From Macrostomum lignano (lineage: Eukaryota): 64,000 nt of DNA. The translations under genes were made by a program, and so were the position numbers. Below the pieces are notes generated by a model, which was not told the origin of the DNA, made no database searches, and saw only the letters and a list, made by a program, of their open reading frames with translations. The stretch covers positions 124,001-188,000 of the forward strand of contig NIVC01000430.1 in NCBI GenBank assembly GCA_002269645.1. Direction: 5' to 3'. Below are positions 62,790-64,000 of the stretch, one piece after another (the stretch's first letter is position 1; every line of letters starts with the position of its first letter).

Positions 62790-63472
62790 TTTCGACGTGT
62801 CAACTTTACAAGAATAAACGTCGTCTTTGCGTTTTATTGCTTTAGCTTAGCTACCATTTAGTTAGATGTTTGCCTGGACCCAGCAGCTTTTATAGTATTG
62901 CGGAACTAAACTGAGTGTGAACAGGAGACGCTAGTGACATGCAAGGGGATATTGTCTCTGAGAAGCTCTCCTATATTACATTGTAATTGTTAACACTGCT
63001 GTAGTTTAGCTTTGGTAAAGAGAGAACCGGGGTAGCTGTATAAAGAATAGAAGCTTCTGAGTAGCGTTCGATAAGTTTTAAGCAAGCAACGAATGCATGC
63101 AAGTTGTTTGCCCAGCTTGCCTGCTAATGTGTGTGTAGTCCGTGTGTAGTATACCGCGAGCTGCCTAACAAACAGTTGAGGATCCAGAGCCCTGCATGTG
63201 TTGCACGTGAAACTCTGTATGCCCAAGCTGAGTGCCTCATGCTAATTGTATTTGTGAAACTGAGGAAGACTTACTTACAGTGTATAGTCAATAAACAGGT
63301 GTATAATGATACATGTACATGTGTATTTATGGGTAGCATTATCAGGTGGAGCTTCTATCAATATGCGTATTGAAATATAGCAGAGGTAGTTAACAACTAT
63401 ACATCAAATGGTACACCTTAATTTTACCTCTTATTTTGAACAAACTCCCTTATTATTCAAACCAAGCATGTC

Positions 63473-63842
63473 GGGGGCCGTAGCCCAGCGGTCTAGCGCA
63501 ACTGCTCTGGTGTGCCAGCGACCCAGGCTCGATTCCAAGTGCAGTCACATTAATTTGGGGCTGAATTGGAATCTCGGCTTGGCTCTGCTCGTGCAATTAA
63601 CGGCCTTGAGAGCCAACCCCCCAAGGCGCAGTGAAATGTACATGCCTAATGATAAAATAAAGTTAGGGCCGCTGTACACTCCTGTGTGAGTGTGTGCCTG
63701 CGTACGTATCCGCGCGCTTGTATGCCTGCTCAGGGGAGTCGGCGGAATGGGCAGTAATGCCTCTCGCCGGTTGTGTGCCTATGTCGCTTAAAGTGCGCCA
63801 GGGTGCACACAACCCCCCTGCCTCTAATAAAAAAAGATGGAT
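63473..63842 (+). mobile_element. tRNA-derived SINE, about 370 bp
   Basis: GGGGCCGTAGCCCAGCGGTCTAGCGC head (A-box), GGCTCGATTCC (B-box variant), unique body, CTAATAAAAAAA end with a short GATG tail, candidate 7-bp TSD GCATGTC (63466-63472 and 63843-63849). Confidence 0.65.
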
Positions 63843-64000
63843 GCATGTCCATGTTGCATTGTGCTTGCAGAAATTCAATTATGACAAACACCCTTAAGTC
63901 TTTATCAGTGTCTGATTTTGATGTTCCGCTTGTTTGAATGCAAAGGAAGTTTGTTCAAAATAGGAGGAAAAGGGTGTCGAGTTACACTAATATACTTCTA

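Noticed and set aside
63473-63550. Functional tRNA gene
   Set aside because: The B-box is mutated (GGCTCGA), acceptor-stem pairing is poor, and it continues into a SINE-like body.

Overview
Eukaryotic (metazoan) genomic DNA with GT-AG introns, CpG-rich exons and roughly one third of the window (my rough tally, about 23 kb) in about 30 different micro/minisatellite arrays. The style suggests a repeat-rich invertebrate such as a free-living flatworm (Macrostomum-like); this is inference only. Genes assembled by hand from splice signals and reading phase: an intronless divergent PP1-type phosphatase (-), 14-3-3 epsilon (-, 3 coding exons), UBE2H (-, 6 exons), a paxillin-family LD/4xLIM gene (+, 10 exons, head-to-head with UBE2H), an orphan single-pass membrane ORF (-), a second orphan 5-exon membrane-protein gene not visible in the ORF track (-), a divergent mitochondrial malate dehydrogenase (+, 3 exons) and a secreted PAN/apple + C-type lectin protein (-). 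Mobile DNA: 14-3-3 intron 1 holds four TIR elements, each with a perfect 8-bp target-site duplication. These are a decayed full-length Merlin, a Merlin fold-back derivative made of two 5' ends, and two unassigned CC...GG MITEs; the Merlins show a clear CpG-deamination signature. MDH intron 1 holds a 5.3-kb non-autonomous Helitron inserted at A^T inside a satellite and carrying its own satellites, tRNA-like direct repeats and a TTAGGG run. Two tRNA-derived SINE-like elements are also present. No CRISPR, rRNA or intact tRNA genes were seen. Most ORFs in the supplied track are repeat artefacts.
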